A DNA stretch of 47,845 bases from a bacterium (GTDB lineage Bacteria; JADJOY01): the NCBI GenBank assembly GCA_046331705.1, contig JAXLQJ010000013.1, positions 124,001-171,845 of the forward strand. Reading direction: 5' to 3'. The position numbers were made by a program, and so were the translations under genes. Below, piece after piece: positions 36,982-46,119 of the stretch; within the stretch, counting starts at the first letter, position 1, and the number at the start of each line of letters is the position of its first letter. A model generated the notes under the pieces. That model ran no database searches, was not told where the DNA came from, and was given only the letters and a program-made list of their open reading frames with translations.

Positions 36982-38250
36982 TCAAGGCACCGGAAGCTGG
37001 CTGTGGTAGATGGAAGTCGCACTATCGAGCGCCGTCGCGGTCACACCAGCCTGGTAGCCGCCCTTCGCGCTCGATCCTTCGATCACGCTCGCTGCCCACG
37101 CCTGCGCCACCGCGGGATCCTCGGGCGGGTTGTTGCCAGCCGTCACCGGCGAGTAGTGGCTCAGATTCAGATAGAGGAAGCCACTCGCGCCGGGCACCGG
37201 CAGCGTCGAACCGCCCACCGCCACGCGCTGGGTCATCGCGCCGAACGGCGTTCCCGTGATCACGCTCGGGTTTTCCTGCTCGTCGAACGCCACGATCTGC
37301 TCTTGCGGGATCGGGTAGAAGGCCGGCGCCGTGCCGCAGGTGAACGGCGCGCCCGCGACCTTCGGATCCCGCCACACGATCACCGACGACGACTTCGCGA
37401 AGGCATCGCCCTTCTGGTAACGCGCCACGAAGGTGGTTGCGAGCGGCTGCCGCCGATCGGCAGCGGTGTAGTTGTCGTAGCGGCCGTAGAACGTGTACTG
37501 GCCCGCCACCGAGGTTTCCGGGTCCGTCGGGTTCACCCCGACGCTGACGATCGGCGCCGCCCGGGCCACGCCATTCTTCGCGTCCAGGTAGTACGCATCG
37601 CCCCAGAGCACGTTCTGGTAGGTGACGGTGGACGTGGTGTATGCGGGCGCCGCCGGATCCTCGAGCGAGCAGTAGTTCACCGTGTCGATCGTCACGTAGC
37701 CGCGCGCGATGCCATCGGTCTGGGTGCGACCCACGCACTTGCCGCCGTAGTAGGTCGAGGCCTTGCCGGTCAGCGAGTTCTTCATGTGGGTCACGAAGTC
37801 GGCGGGCAGCGTCACCGGCGGAAGCTGACCCGAGCAGCTCGCGAAGTTGATGTCCTGCGAGAACTGACCCTTCGGGCTGATCTGGTCCCCGGGATCCTGC
37901 CCCGCCGAAGCGGTGCGCGGCAGGATGCCGTTGATGATGTCGCGCAGGTTGATCGTCTGCACGTCGTAGCCCGTGAGGTAGACGTTGAAGCCCGCGGCGA
38001 GCACGCCGAGGTCCGTCATGACGTTCACGTGCGCAAGCACCGCCGTGGCGCTCGCGTTGTTGATCGAGAAGACCGTCGTGAGCCCGTTGGTCTTGACCAG
38101 GTTCACCTCGAAGTAAGGCAGGAGCAGCGTTCCCGCGGGCTCACGCCCCACCACGTTCGGCGCCGGGTAGGACTGCGCCCGAGCCGTGCTGGCCACTCCG
38201 CCCAGCAACGCGACTAGACAGAGGCAGAACGTCCAACTCTTTCGCGTCAT
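36982..38250 (-). CDS. Secreted beta-rich protein of unknown function, paralog 1
   Basis: Sec signal peptide (..TARA), RBS GAGGGA; shares TLLLPYF, YLTGYD, SQDINFASC and WRDPKVA motifs with paralog 2. Confidence 0.85.
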   Translation of the reverse strand: MTRKSWTFCLCLVALLGGVASTARAQSYPAPNVVGREPAGTLLLPYFEVNLVKTNGLTTVFSINNASATAVLAHVNVMTDLGVLAAGFNVYLTGYDVQTINLRDIINGILPRTASAGQDPGDQISPKGQFSQDINFASCSGQLPPVTLPADFVTHMKNSLTGKASTYYGGKCVGRTQTDGIARGYVTIDTVNYCSLEDPAAPAYTTSTVTYQNVLWGDAYYLDAKNGVARAAPIVSVGVNPTDPETSVAGQYTFYGRYDNYTAADRRQPLATTFVARYQKGDAFAKSSSVIVWRDPKVAGAPFTCGTAPAFYPIPQEQIVAFDEQENPSVITGTPFGAMTQRVAVGGSTLPVPGASGFLYLNLSHYSPVTAGNNPPEDPAVAQAWAASVIEGSSAKGGYQAGVTATALDSATSIYHSQLPVP

Positions 38251-38294
38251 GTCGATTCCCTCGTGTACGAGTCAGTTCAACGATTTCCGCTGCG

Positions 38295-38323
38295 CTTCTA
38301 CGCCGAATGCCTAGCGCGGTCAA
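38295..38323 (-). promoter_or_regulatory. Putative promoter of the paralog pair
   Basis: Minus strand TTGACC (38323-38318), 17 nt, then TAGAAG (38300-38295). Confidence 0.5.
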
Positions 38324-38467
38324 CTCGTCGCTTCGCCGCGCGCCCGTCGCTCGTCAACGTAACGGTCCGGAATGCCGCGGCAAACGGGCTCACGCCGCTC
38401 CCCGATACAGCCCGGAAAGCGACCGCATCGGCGACGCCCCGGCGCCCCGGCCAAGGGACATCCCGCG

Positions 38468-40177
38468 TCAATCACCGCGCTCCGCGAGCTTCCAGGCCTG
38501 GATGCCGCCTTCGCTGGGGCACTCGCGCCGATCGCCCGCGGGGCCGGGATCGACCTCGTCGGCGAACGACTCGATCACCTCGCCGCGCCCGTCGCCGTCC
38601 AGATCCACCACCTCGACGTGCGCCGCGCTGCACTTGTCGGGGTGCTGCGGGATGCCGGCGGGGACGCGCTCGAACGCGCCGCCCGCGCGGCCCCGGAATA
38701 GCCACGCGGAACCGTCCTCGGTGACCGCCACCAGCTCGCGCACTCCGTCGCCGTCCACGTCGCCGAACGCCAGCGCGTGCACGGACGGCGTCGCCTCGGC
38801 GACGGCCAGCGCGGCGCGACTCCACTCGCCGGCAGCCGTGCGCCGCAATACGTCGACCCCGGTGCGCCACATCTCGCCGTCGAAGCTCAGGTAGCCGACG
38901 GCGAGCGCGGCGCGCCCCGAGCCATCGATGTCCGCCGCGGCGACCGCCTTCACGTACGCGTTGGCGCGCAGCACCGGCACTTCCTCGGCACGCCACGAGC
39001 CATCGGGCTGACCGAGGCTCACCAGGTCGCGTCTGCCGTAGAAACCGGTCCCCGCGGCGATGTCGGTGCGACCGTCTCCGTCGAAGTCCGCGAGCGCCAG
39101 CGCCGGACCGAAGTTCTGCTGCGAATCGGTGCCCTGGTCGGTGCGCTGCCAACGCCCGTCCGCGCCGCGCCGGTAGAGCACCAGCCCGTGGGCACCGCTC
39201 GCCGCCTGACGCGAGTCCTTGGCGCGCATCGCCGGAAGCAGGCGCGGCCCTTCGCCGAGCGCCAGGATGTCGGTGTGCCCGTCGTGGTCCCAGTCGGTGA
39301 GACGCAGCCGGCGCGACGAGAAGCCGGGCGGGGAGCCGTGACCCGGCACCCCGAAATCGAGCCCAGCGCCGCCGTCGCGGAAATGCCCGGCGTCGTCGCC
39401 GAGCAGCACCATGAGCCCGCACAGGTGAACCGCGAGCGCGATGTCGGCATGTCCATCGCCGTCGAGATCACCGACCTGGACGTCGCCGTAGTCGTAGGCG
39501 AGCTTCGGCCAGTCGACTCCTTGCCAGCGCTTCCAACTGCCGGCACCGTCGCCGAGGAAGATCGCGGGGGCGCCGAACGACTTCCGCGCGGGCCCGTGCA
39601 CGAGGTCGAGGTGACCGTCGTGGTTCATGTCGGCGATGGCGAAACCCTCACGCCATTGCCCTTCCTTCGGCAGCCCCTTGCCGAAATCCTGGAAACGCAT
39701 CGGCTTCCCTACCGGGAGGTCCACCCGATACGACGCCTCGGTCCGTGCCAGCTCCGCGGCGCTGGGCCCGCTGGGCACGGCGGGCACCGGTTCGTCGGGA
39801 ACGCGGTAGAGCTTATAGTAGAAGTACTGCTCGTCCTCACGAACCACGTCGATGGGGATCGACCACACGGTGCGCACCGTGTTCGCGTCGATCCGCCTCG
39901 CCTGCGTGCGCGGCAGCTTCTCGACGAAGTACTGGCGCCCCTGATCGTCCGTGAGCCATTTGCCATCGGGAGGCGTGGGGCCGGGAGGAACGATCGGCTT
40001 GTCCGTCGCGCCCTCGTCCGCGCGATCCTCGGATACCGAGCCGCTCGGCGCTTTCGCCGCGCACCCCAGCGCGGTGACCAGCGCGAGCAACCCGAGCGCC
40101 GCGCCCCAGCGCGCGCCGCGGACGCTCGTGAAACCGTGTCGAAGTCTGCACGGAAACCCAGCACGCATTCCGATCAT
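38468..40177 (-). CDS. FG-GAP/VCBS repeat lipoprotein
   Basis: Lipobox ALGC; about 7 D.D/N.DG..D Ca-binding repeats. ATG 40177 preceded by AGGA. Confidence 0.85.
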   Translation of the reverse strand: MIGMRAGFPCRLRHGFTSVRGARWGAALGLLALVTALGCAAKAPSGSVSEDRADEGATDKPIVPPGPTPPDGKWLTDDQGRQYFVEKLPRTQARRIDANTVRTVWSIPIDVVREDEQYFYYKLYRVPDEPVPAVPSGPSAAELARTEASYRVDLPVGKPMRFQDFGKGLPKEGQWREGFAIADMNHDGHLDLVHGPARKSFGAPAIFLGDGAGSWKRWQGVDWPKLAYDYGDVQVGDLDGDGHADIALAVHLCGLMVLLGDDAGHFRDGGAGLDFGVPGHGSPPGFSSRRLRLTDWDHDGHTDILALGEGPRLLPAMRAKDSRQAASGAHGLVLYRRGADGRWQRTDQGTDSQQNFGPALALADFDGDGRTDIAAGTGFYGRRDLVSLGQPDGSWRAEEVPVLRANAYVKAVAAADIDGSGRAALAVGYLSFDGEMWRTGVDVLRRTAAGEWSRAALAVAEATPSVHALAFGDVDGDGVRELVAVTEDGSAWLFRGRAGGAFERVPAGIPQHPDKCSAAHVEVVDLDGDGRGEVIESFADEVDPGPAGDRRECPSEGGIQAWKLAERGD

Positions 40178-40304
40178 CGATCCTTGGCTCCTGGCGCCAT
40201 CAGCGTTCGCGGCGGACATCCGCACGCGAACATAGCGGAACCCGTTGCGAACCGCGAAGAACGACGTTGGCGTGCGCCGCGCAACGAACACGGCGCGCGC
40301 TTGC

Positions 40305-41399
40305 TCAGCGCTCGGCGCGCGCGTCCGCCGCTTCCGCGACCTCGGGCGCGCGTACGCTCGGTGCGGTCTTCAGCCATCCCAGCCGTACGATCTCGTCGGC
40401 GATGGCGCGCGCCACCAGGTGATTCGCGCCGGCGCTCGGGTGCGGATCGAGGCCGAACACCCGTTGCAGCGCCGGAGACTCGTGGGCCGCGAGCGTCGGC
40501 CTGAGATCGAGCGCGGCAAAGCCGTTCGACCGCGCCAGCTCGGCGACCTGCTCGTGCAAGTCCTCGAACGGGTACTTCTCGCCGAGGGGGAAATCGACGA
40601 ACGGGAAGATCGCGACCAACACCTGCGTTCCCGAGGCCTTCGTCAGCTCGGCGAGACGCTGAAACGACTCCTGACAGCGCCGCCACCCGGGGTACTCGGG
40701 ACGGTGGATGAAGTGGTAGTAGCGCTCGAACGCGCGGTAGCGGCGGGTGTTTTCGAGCCGCTGGTACATCCAGCCGGTCAGCGCGCTGTTTCGGGTCAGC
40801 CAACCCATCCAGCCGCGCGGATGCCACACCATCGTCGGCTCGCGAAGTCGCTTCAGCTCGTCCGGGTTGCTCTCGTCCTCGGGATCGTTGAGGACGTAGC
40901 CGAGCACCAGCACGTCGGGACGGTAGTCGAGCCCACCGCGTCGCTCCAGCATGCGCAGCTCGCGGGCCGTGGAATAACCCTCGGCGGCAAAGCTCAGGCT
41001 CTCGACGCGGGCGTGGTTGTGCGCGCGGCGTAGGTGGCTCTCGAGGAGACGCTCCAGGCGGTGGCAATAGAGATCGGGAAGATCGATGCCGCGGCCGAAC
41101 GTGAAACTGTCGCCGAGACAGAGGACGCGCACCGTTCCCGGCGGCTTGGCCAGCTCGTGCTCGACATCGTGCTGACCCAGGGAATTGAGCGGAACGCGCG
41201 GTTGAAGGTTGATCCCGCGCGCGGGCGGCGGCTGGACCATGCGCGCGACCAGCTCGCCAGCGCCAAGCGTGACCGCGAGCAGGATCAGGAGTGCGACCAC
41301 GCGCACCGCGACGCGGCCGCGGCGGATCGGGCTCGCGGTGCGTGTAGGCGCACGCTCGGTCGGCGTCTCATCGAGATTCAGCGTCGAATCAGCGGCCAT
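40305..41399 (-). CDS. Membrane-anchored SGNH/GDSL hydrolase-family protein
   Basis: N-terminal TM helix; LGDSFT, GYS, Y.LND and DPHP catalytic blocks. Confidence 0.88.
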   Translation of the reverse strand: MAADSTLNLDETPTERAPTRTASPIRRGRVAVRVVALLILLAVTLGAGELVARMVQPPPARGINLQPRVPLNSLGQHDVEHELAKPPGTVRVLCLGDSFTFGRGIDLPDLYCHRLERLLESHLRRAHNHARVESLSFAAEGYSTARELRMLERRGGLDYRPDVLVLGYVLNDPEDESNPDELKRLREPTMVWHPRGWMGWLTRNSALTGWMYQRLENTRRYRAFERYYHFIHRPEYPGWRRCQESFQRLAELTKASGTQVLVAIFPFVDFPLGEKYPFEDLHEQVAELARSNGFAALDLRPTLAAHESPALQRVFGLDPHPSAGANHLVARAIADEIVRLGWLKTAPSVRAPEVAEAADARAER

Positions 41400-41452
41400 G
41401 ACTATTTTCTACGCGAAAATTTGCGTGCGTGTGTCTTCCCCGGCCTCGCGGC

Positions 41453-42730
41453 TCACGCACCGAGGCGATCGAGCGCCGCCTTGGCAAAGTAGCGCACCAT
41501 CGGATCGGCGTCGTCCAGCGCGGCGCGCAAGGCGTCGAGGTCGGCGACGCCCGGCCCGGCGTAACGCCACAGCGCCCACACCGCGCGCTGGCGAACGACG
41601 AGATCGCCGCTGGCGAGCGCCTCCACCAACGCGGGCGAGGCCGCGCGCGGCTCCTCGCGGAAGATCTCCCCCAGCGACCATGCGGCGCCCTGCCGCACCT
41701 CGCGGTCGGCGTCGGCGAGCGCGCGCCGCAGCACCGGGACCGCCGCGGCGACGCCCTTGCGGATCGCACCGAGCGTGACCGCCGCCCACTTCCGCACCTC
41801 GATGGTGGGGTCGTACATGGCGTTCATGAGCGGTTGCAGCGCCGCGCCTTCGGCACCCGTGTTCCACACCGCGACCGCAGCCTCCTGGCGCACGTCCTGG
41901 TTCTCGTCGTTGAGCCGCCGCATGAGCGCGGGCACGGCGGAATCGGCATCCGGGCCGATCTTGGCGAGCGCGCGCGCCGCCTCCTGACGCACCGCCGCGG
42001 TCCGATCGTCGAGGACGGCGATGAGCGCGGGGACGGTCTCCGGCGCGAGGCGGTTCATCTCACCGAGCGCGAACGCCGCGCCCACGCGGATCGCCGGATC
42101 GGCATCACCCAGCGCATCGATGAGCCGCGGCACCGCGGCGTGGCCGATGCGCGCGAGCGCCCACCCCGCGCGCATCCGCACCTCGGGAGAGCGGTCGACC
42201 AGCGCCGCGCGGAGCGCGGGAATCGCGAGCTGCGACCCTTCGCCGATCATGCCGAGCGCCATCGCGGCGCGGTCGCGGACCCGGTCCGACGGATCGGCGA
42301 GCGCCTCGGTGAGGCTCGACGCCGCGGCGACTCCGCCGGGGCCGTAGGACGAGATCGCGTCCGCGACGTCCGCCCGCACCTCGGCGTCTCCATCCCCGAG
42401 GGCGGCGATCAACGCGGGCAAGAGCGGCAGCGAGATCGCACCGAGCCGCTCGCACGCGAGCGCAGCCGCGCGACGGTCGTCGCTCGACGGGCTCGCCAGC
42501 AGCGTCGCGAGCGGCTCGAGCGACGCGGGTCCCAGCGACTTGAGCGCACCCCCCGCCCAGTTGCGCTGCTCGGTGTTGCGTCCGGTGAGCACGCGCGCCA
42601 CCGCCGGCACGCAGCGCGCTGCCAGCGCGGGAACCCGCCGGATCAGCGGCCACGCGAGCTCGAGCGCTACCGTGGCCGCCATCGCGATCGATCGTGCGGC
42701 GCCGCGCTCAAGCCGAGAGCTGGGCGTCAC
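41453..42730 (-). CDS. HEAT/PBS-lyase repeat protein
   Basis: About 10 repeats of P.L..AL.D.D..VR..AA.AL. Start uncertain (42730 or 42682). Confidence 0.85.
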   Translation of the reverse strand: MTPSSRLERGAARSIAMAATVALELAWPLIRRVPALAARCVPAVARVLTGRNTEQRNWAGGALKSLGPASLEPLATLLASPSSDDRRAAALACERLGAISLPLLPALIAALGDGDAEVRADVADAISSYGPGGVAAASSLTEALADPSDRVRDRAAMALGMIGEGSQLAIPALRAALVDRSPEVRMRAGWALARIGHAAVPRLIDALGDADPAIRVGAAFALGEMNRLAPETVPALIAVLDDRTAAVRQEAARALAKIGPDADSAVPALMRRLNDENQDVRQEAAVAVWNTGAEGAALQPLMNAMYDPTIEVRKWAAVTLGAIRKGVAAAVPVLRRALADADREVRQGAAWSLGEIFREEPRAASPALVEALASGDLVVRQRAVWALWRYAGPGVADLDALRAALDDADPMVRYFAKAALDRLGA

Positions 42731-44894
42731 CTCGCTGGGTCGCGAGCGAGCTGCCCGGGCGGATGCGCTCGGCGCTCAGCACCCCGGTCGCGCGCCGCAG
42801 CGTGCGCAGCAAGCCGTCGAGCTGCTTCAAGCTCTTGACCTCGACGATGAACTGGAGCTCGGCTCGGCCGTTGCGGAACGAGCGGGTGTCGGCGCGGGTG
42901 ATGTTGACACCCTCCGAGCTCACCAGCTTCGAGACCTGGCCGAGGGCGCCGCGACGGTCCTGGATCGTGACGCGGATGCGCGTGGAGCGAACGGTGTCCG
43001 ACGACTCGGGCCAGGTGACGTCGACGCGTCGCTCGGCCTCCGTGGCGAGACCGGCGGGACAGCTCGCGTCGTGCACCGTGATGCCGCGACCGCGCGTGAT
43101 GAAGCCCAGGATCGGATCGCCCGGAATCGGCTGACAGCAGCGCGCGAATCGCACCAGCACGTCATCCAGGTCGGCGACCCGCACGGCCCCCGCCGTGCGC
43201 TTGGCGGCGCTCTGGACGATCTTGGTGATGGCGGTGCGGCGCGGCGCGGGCGGCTCGGGAACCAGCTCGTGGACGACCTTCTCGACGGGCAGGCGGCCGT
43301 AGCCCACCGCGGCGGTGAGCTCGTCGACGCTGGCGAACCCGAGCGCCTCGAGCGCCTTCGGCAGCCGCTCGCTCCTCTCGATCCGCTTCCACGTGGTGTG
43401 CGCGCGCTTGAGCTCGCGATCGAGCAACGACTGGCCGACCTCGCGGCTGCGCTCGCGCTCCACGGTGCGCAGCCACGCGCGGATCTTGGTGCGCGCGCGC
43501 GCCGAGCTCACCCATTCGAGCCAATCGCGGCTCGGGTGCGCCGTGGGCGCCGTGAGGATCTCGATCGTCTGGCCGCTCTTGAGCTCGTGGCGCAGCGGCA
43601 CCCAGCGCTCGTCGACGCGCGCGCCGACCGAATGGTGGCCCACCTGGGTGTGGATCGCGTACGCGAAATCGAGGACGGTGGCGCCCTTGGGCAGACGCCG
43701 GATGTCGCCCTTGGGCGTGAAGCAGTAGACCTCGTCCGGGTAGAGGTCCATGCGGAACGCTTCCAGCGCCTCCGCCGGATCCTCGATCTCCTCGAGGCTG
43801 GTCATGAGCTGGCGCAGCGGCGTGAACTTCTGCGCCTCGTCCGTGCCCAGCGTGCCGCCCTCCTTGTAGACCCAATGGGCGGCGATGCCACGCTCCGCGA
43901 CCTGGTCCATCTCGTCGGTGCGGATCTGCACCTCCATGCGGCGCCCCTCGTAGCCCATCACCGTGGTGTGCAGCGATTGGTAGAGGTTGTCCTTGGGAGC
44001 GGCGATGTAGTCCTTGAAACGACCCTCGACGGGCGCCCACTGCGAGTGGATGAGCCCGAGCACCTGGTAGCACTCGACGGGGCGCGGCACGAGGACACGG
44101 AACCCGACGACGTCGTGGACGTTGTCGAGGTCGATCCCCTGCCGCTGCATCTTGCGGTGGATCGAGTAGAGGCTCTTCACCCGGCCCGTGACGCGCGCGC
44201 CGATGCCGTTTTGCTGGAGCAGGCGCTGGATCTCCTCGCGCCCGCGCTTGATCCAGGCATCGCGGACGCGCCGGTCCTTGGCGAGGTGCTTCTCGATCCG
44301 CTGGCAGGTGGCGGCGTCCACCACGCGAAACGACGACTCCTCGAGCTCGGTGCGCATCCAGTTGATGCCGAGCCGTCCCGAGAGCGGCGCGTAGATCTCG
44401 AGGGCCTCGCGCGCGATCCGATCGCGCTCCTCGCGCGGGCAGCGCTCCAGGTGGCGCATCTCGTCCAGCCGATCGGCGAGGCGGATGAGGAGGATGCGCA
44501 CGTCGCGGATCATCGCCAGCAGCATGCGCCGCACGATCTCCAGGTCGCGCCCGCTGTCCACCGTGAAGCGCAGCCGCGCGATCTCGGTGAAGCCCTCGAC
44601 GATGCGCGTGACCTTGGGACCGACCGCCGCGACCATCGCGTCGCGGCTCGCGTAGCCGATCTCCAGCACGTCGTGCAGCAGCCCCGCCGCGATCGTCGGG
44701 GCGTCCATGTAGAGCTCGCTCAGGATCCAGCCCACGTCCACCGGATGGCCGAGGTACGGCTCGCCAGCGCGCCGCTCCTGACCCTTGCGCACCGAGGCGC
44801 CCCACACATACGCGCGCTCGATCAGCTCTAGGTCCGCGCGCGGGTGATACGCCTCGACCCGGTCGAGGATGTCGTTGACGCGCCGGATCGGCAT
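42708..44894 (-). CDS. rel: Long RelA/SpoT homolog (HD, synthetase, TGS, ZFD, ACT domains)
   Basis: R..GEPY..HP, LLHD, GRVKSLYSI..KM, RFKDYIA.PK.N.YQSLHT, EVQIRT, TGS (DFAYAIHT) and CCQP motifs. Confidence 0.93.
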   Translation of the reverse strand: MPIRRVNDILDRVEAYHPRADLELIERAYVWGASVRKGQERRAGEPYLGHPVDVGWILSELYMDAPTIAAGLLHDVLEIGYASRDAMVAAVGPKVTRIVEGFTEIARLRFTVDSGRDLEIVRRMLLAMIRDVRILLIRLADRLDEMRHLERCPREERDRIAREALEIYAPLSGRLGINWMRTELEESSFRVVDAATCQRIEKHLAKDRRVRDAWIKRGREEIQRLLQQNGIGARVTGRVKSLYSIHRKMQRQGIDLDNVHDVVGFRVLVPRPVECYQVLGLIHSQWAPVEGRFKDYIAAPKDNLYQSLHTTVMGYEGRRMEVQIRTDEMDQVAERGIAAHWVYKEGGTLGTDEAQKFTPLRQLMTSLEEIEDPAEALEAFRMDLYPDEVYCFTPKGDIRRLPKGATVLDFAYAIHTQVGHHSVGARVDERWVPLRHELKSGQTIEILTAPTAHPSRDWLEWVSSARARTKIRAWLRTVERERSREVGQSLLDRELKRAHTTWKRIERSERLPKALEALGFASVDELTAAVGYGRLPVEKVVHELVPEPPAPRRTAITKIVQSAAKRTAGAVRVADLDDVLVRFARCCQPIPGDPILGFITRGRGITVHDASCPAGLATEAERRVDVTWPESSDTVRSTRIRVTIQDRRGALGQVSKLVSSEGVNITRADTRSFRNGRAELQFIVEVKSLKQLDGLLRTLRRATGVLSAERIRPGSSLATQRGDAQLSA

Positions 44895-44921
44895 TCGAGG
44901 CTCGGTCTCGCGAGGCGGGAC

Positions 44922-45560
44922 TCAGGGTGCCGCGGACGGCTCGTTCGGGCTCAGCACTCGCGCGGCGCGGGCCCGCTCCGCGCACACGATGGCCGCGAGC
45001 TCGCGCTCGGCGCGGGCGAGATCGTCGTTCACGATCACGTAATCGTAACGGGTCGCGAGGGCGAGCTCCGCGGCGGCGCCGGCGAGACGACGGCGAATCG
45101 TGGCGTCGTCGTCCTTGCCGCGGCCGCGAATGCGCCGCTCCAACTCCTCGGCCGAGGGCGGCAGCACGAAGATCAACGCCGACTCGGGCATGCGCGCACG
45201 CACCTGGAGCGCGCCCTGGGTATCGATGTCGAGCACCAAGTCCACGCCCTCGCCGCGCGCCGCGCGCCACTCGCTCACCGGCGTGCCGTAGCGGTTGCCG
45301 TGCACCTCGGCCCATTCGAGAAGCTCACCAGCGCTCACCATCGCGGCGAAGCGCGACGCGTCGACGAAGTGGTAATCGACGCCATCGATCTCGCCGGCGC
45401 GCGGCGAACGGGTGGTCGCCGAGATCGAGAAGCGAAGCCGCGGCACGCTGGCGATCAGGCGATGACACAAGGTGGTCTTCCCCGTGCCCGAGGGTGCGGA
45501 CACCACGAACAGGATTCCGCCGCGCTGGGATGCGAGCGCGGGCAGACGCAGATCGGTCAC
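44922..45560 (-). CDS. gmk: Guanylate kinase
   Basis: SAPSGTGKTT, TTRSPR.GE.DGVDYHF and HGNRYGT motifs. Confidence 0.96.
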   Translation of the reverse strand: MTDLRLPALASQRGGILFVVSAPSGTGKTTLCHRLIASVPRLRFSISATTRSPRAGEIDGVDYHFVDASRFAAMVSAGELLEWAEVHGNRYGTPVSEWRAARGEGVDLVLDIDTQGALQVRARMPESALIFVLPPSAEELERRIRGRGKDDDATIRRRLAGAAAELALATRYDYVIVNDDLARAERELAAIVCAERARAARVLSPNEPSAAP

Positions 45561-45841
45561 GTCGTCACCTCGAGATCCGCCTCGCGCTCGGGCAAGCCCT
45601 CACCGCGCTCCAGGCGCAGGGCGATCGTGTCCGGCTGGACCGCGGAGAGCAGCAGGTGGCCGGTGTCGAGGAGCAGCACCGCGCGCGTCTTGCGGCCCTG
45701 GGTGGCGTCGACGATGAGCCCGCGCTTCTTGGCGTCCTCGCGGAGCTTGCGGATCGATTGCCCCGCGGGATTGAGCACCGCCACGACCCGATGGGACATG
45801 ACGAGGCTGCCGTGGCCCACTCCCACCAGCGTTCGCGCCAT
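45557..45841 (-). CDS. remA: RemA/DUF370-family protein
   Basis: LV.VG.G..V...RVVA and DAT.GRKTRAV..LD.GH..LSA.QP.T motifs; conserved position between yicC and gmk. Confidence 0.88.
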   Translation of the reverse strand: MARTLVGVGHGSLVMSHRVVAVLNPAGQSIRKLREDAKKRGLIVDATQGRKTRAVLLLDTGHLLLSAVQPDTIALRLERGEGLPEREADLEVTT

Positions 45842-46119
45842 GGGTCAGGGGGCCTTTCTCGGGGGGCCGTTCCAGCCCCCCGCCCCGCGAACGGCGTGGT
45901 CTTCGCGGGGCGCTAGCCCCGAGTCACTCGCTCTGCTCGAGCGGTGCCGCCGGCACCGGGCCGGATCGACGGCGAGCGTGGAGACCCAGGCGCAGGGACC
46001 CCGCCCGTCACGACCACCGGCGTCGCCCTCGGCCGGGACGGACCGTGGCCCTCGCGACGAGAGGCGGCAGCGCCGCGAGCACCGTGCGGACCACGACGTC
46101 CGCGGATTCGCGAGCGGAC

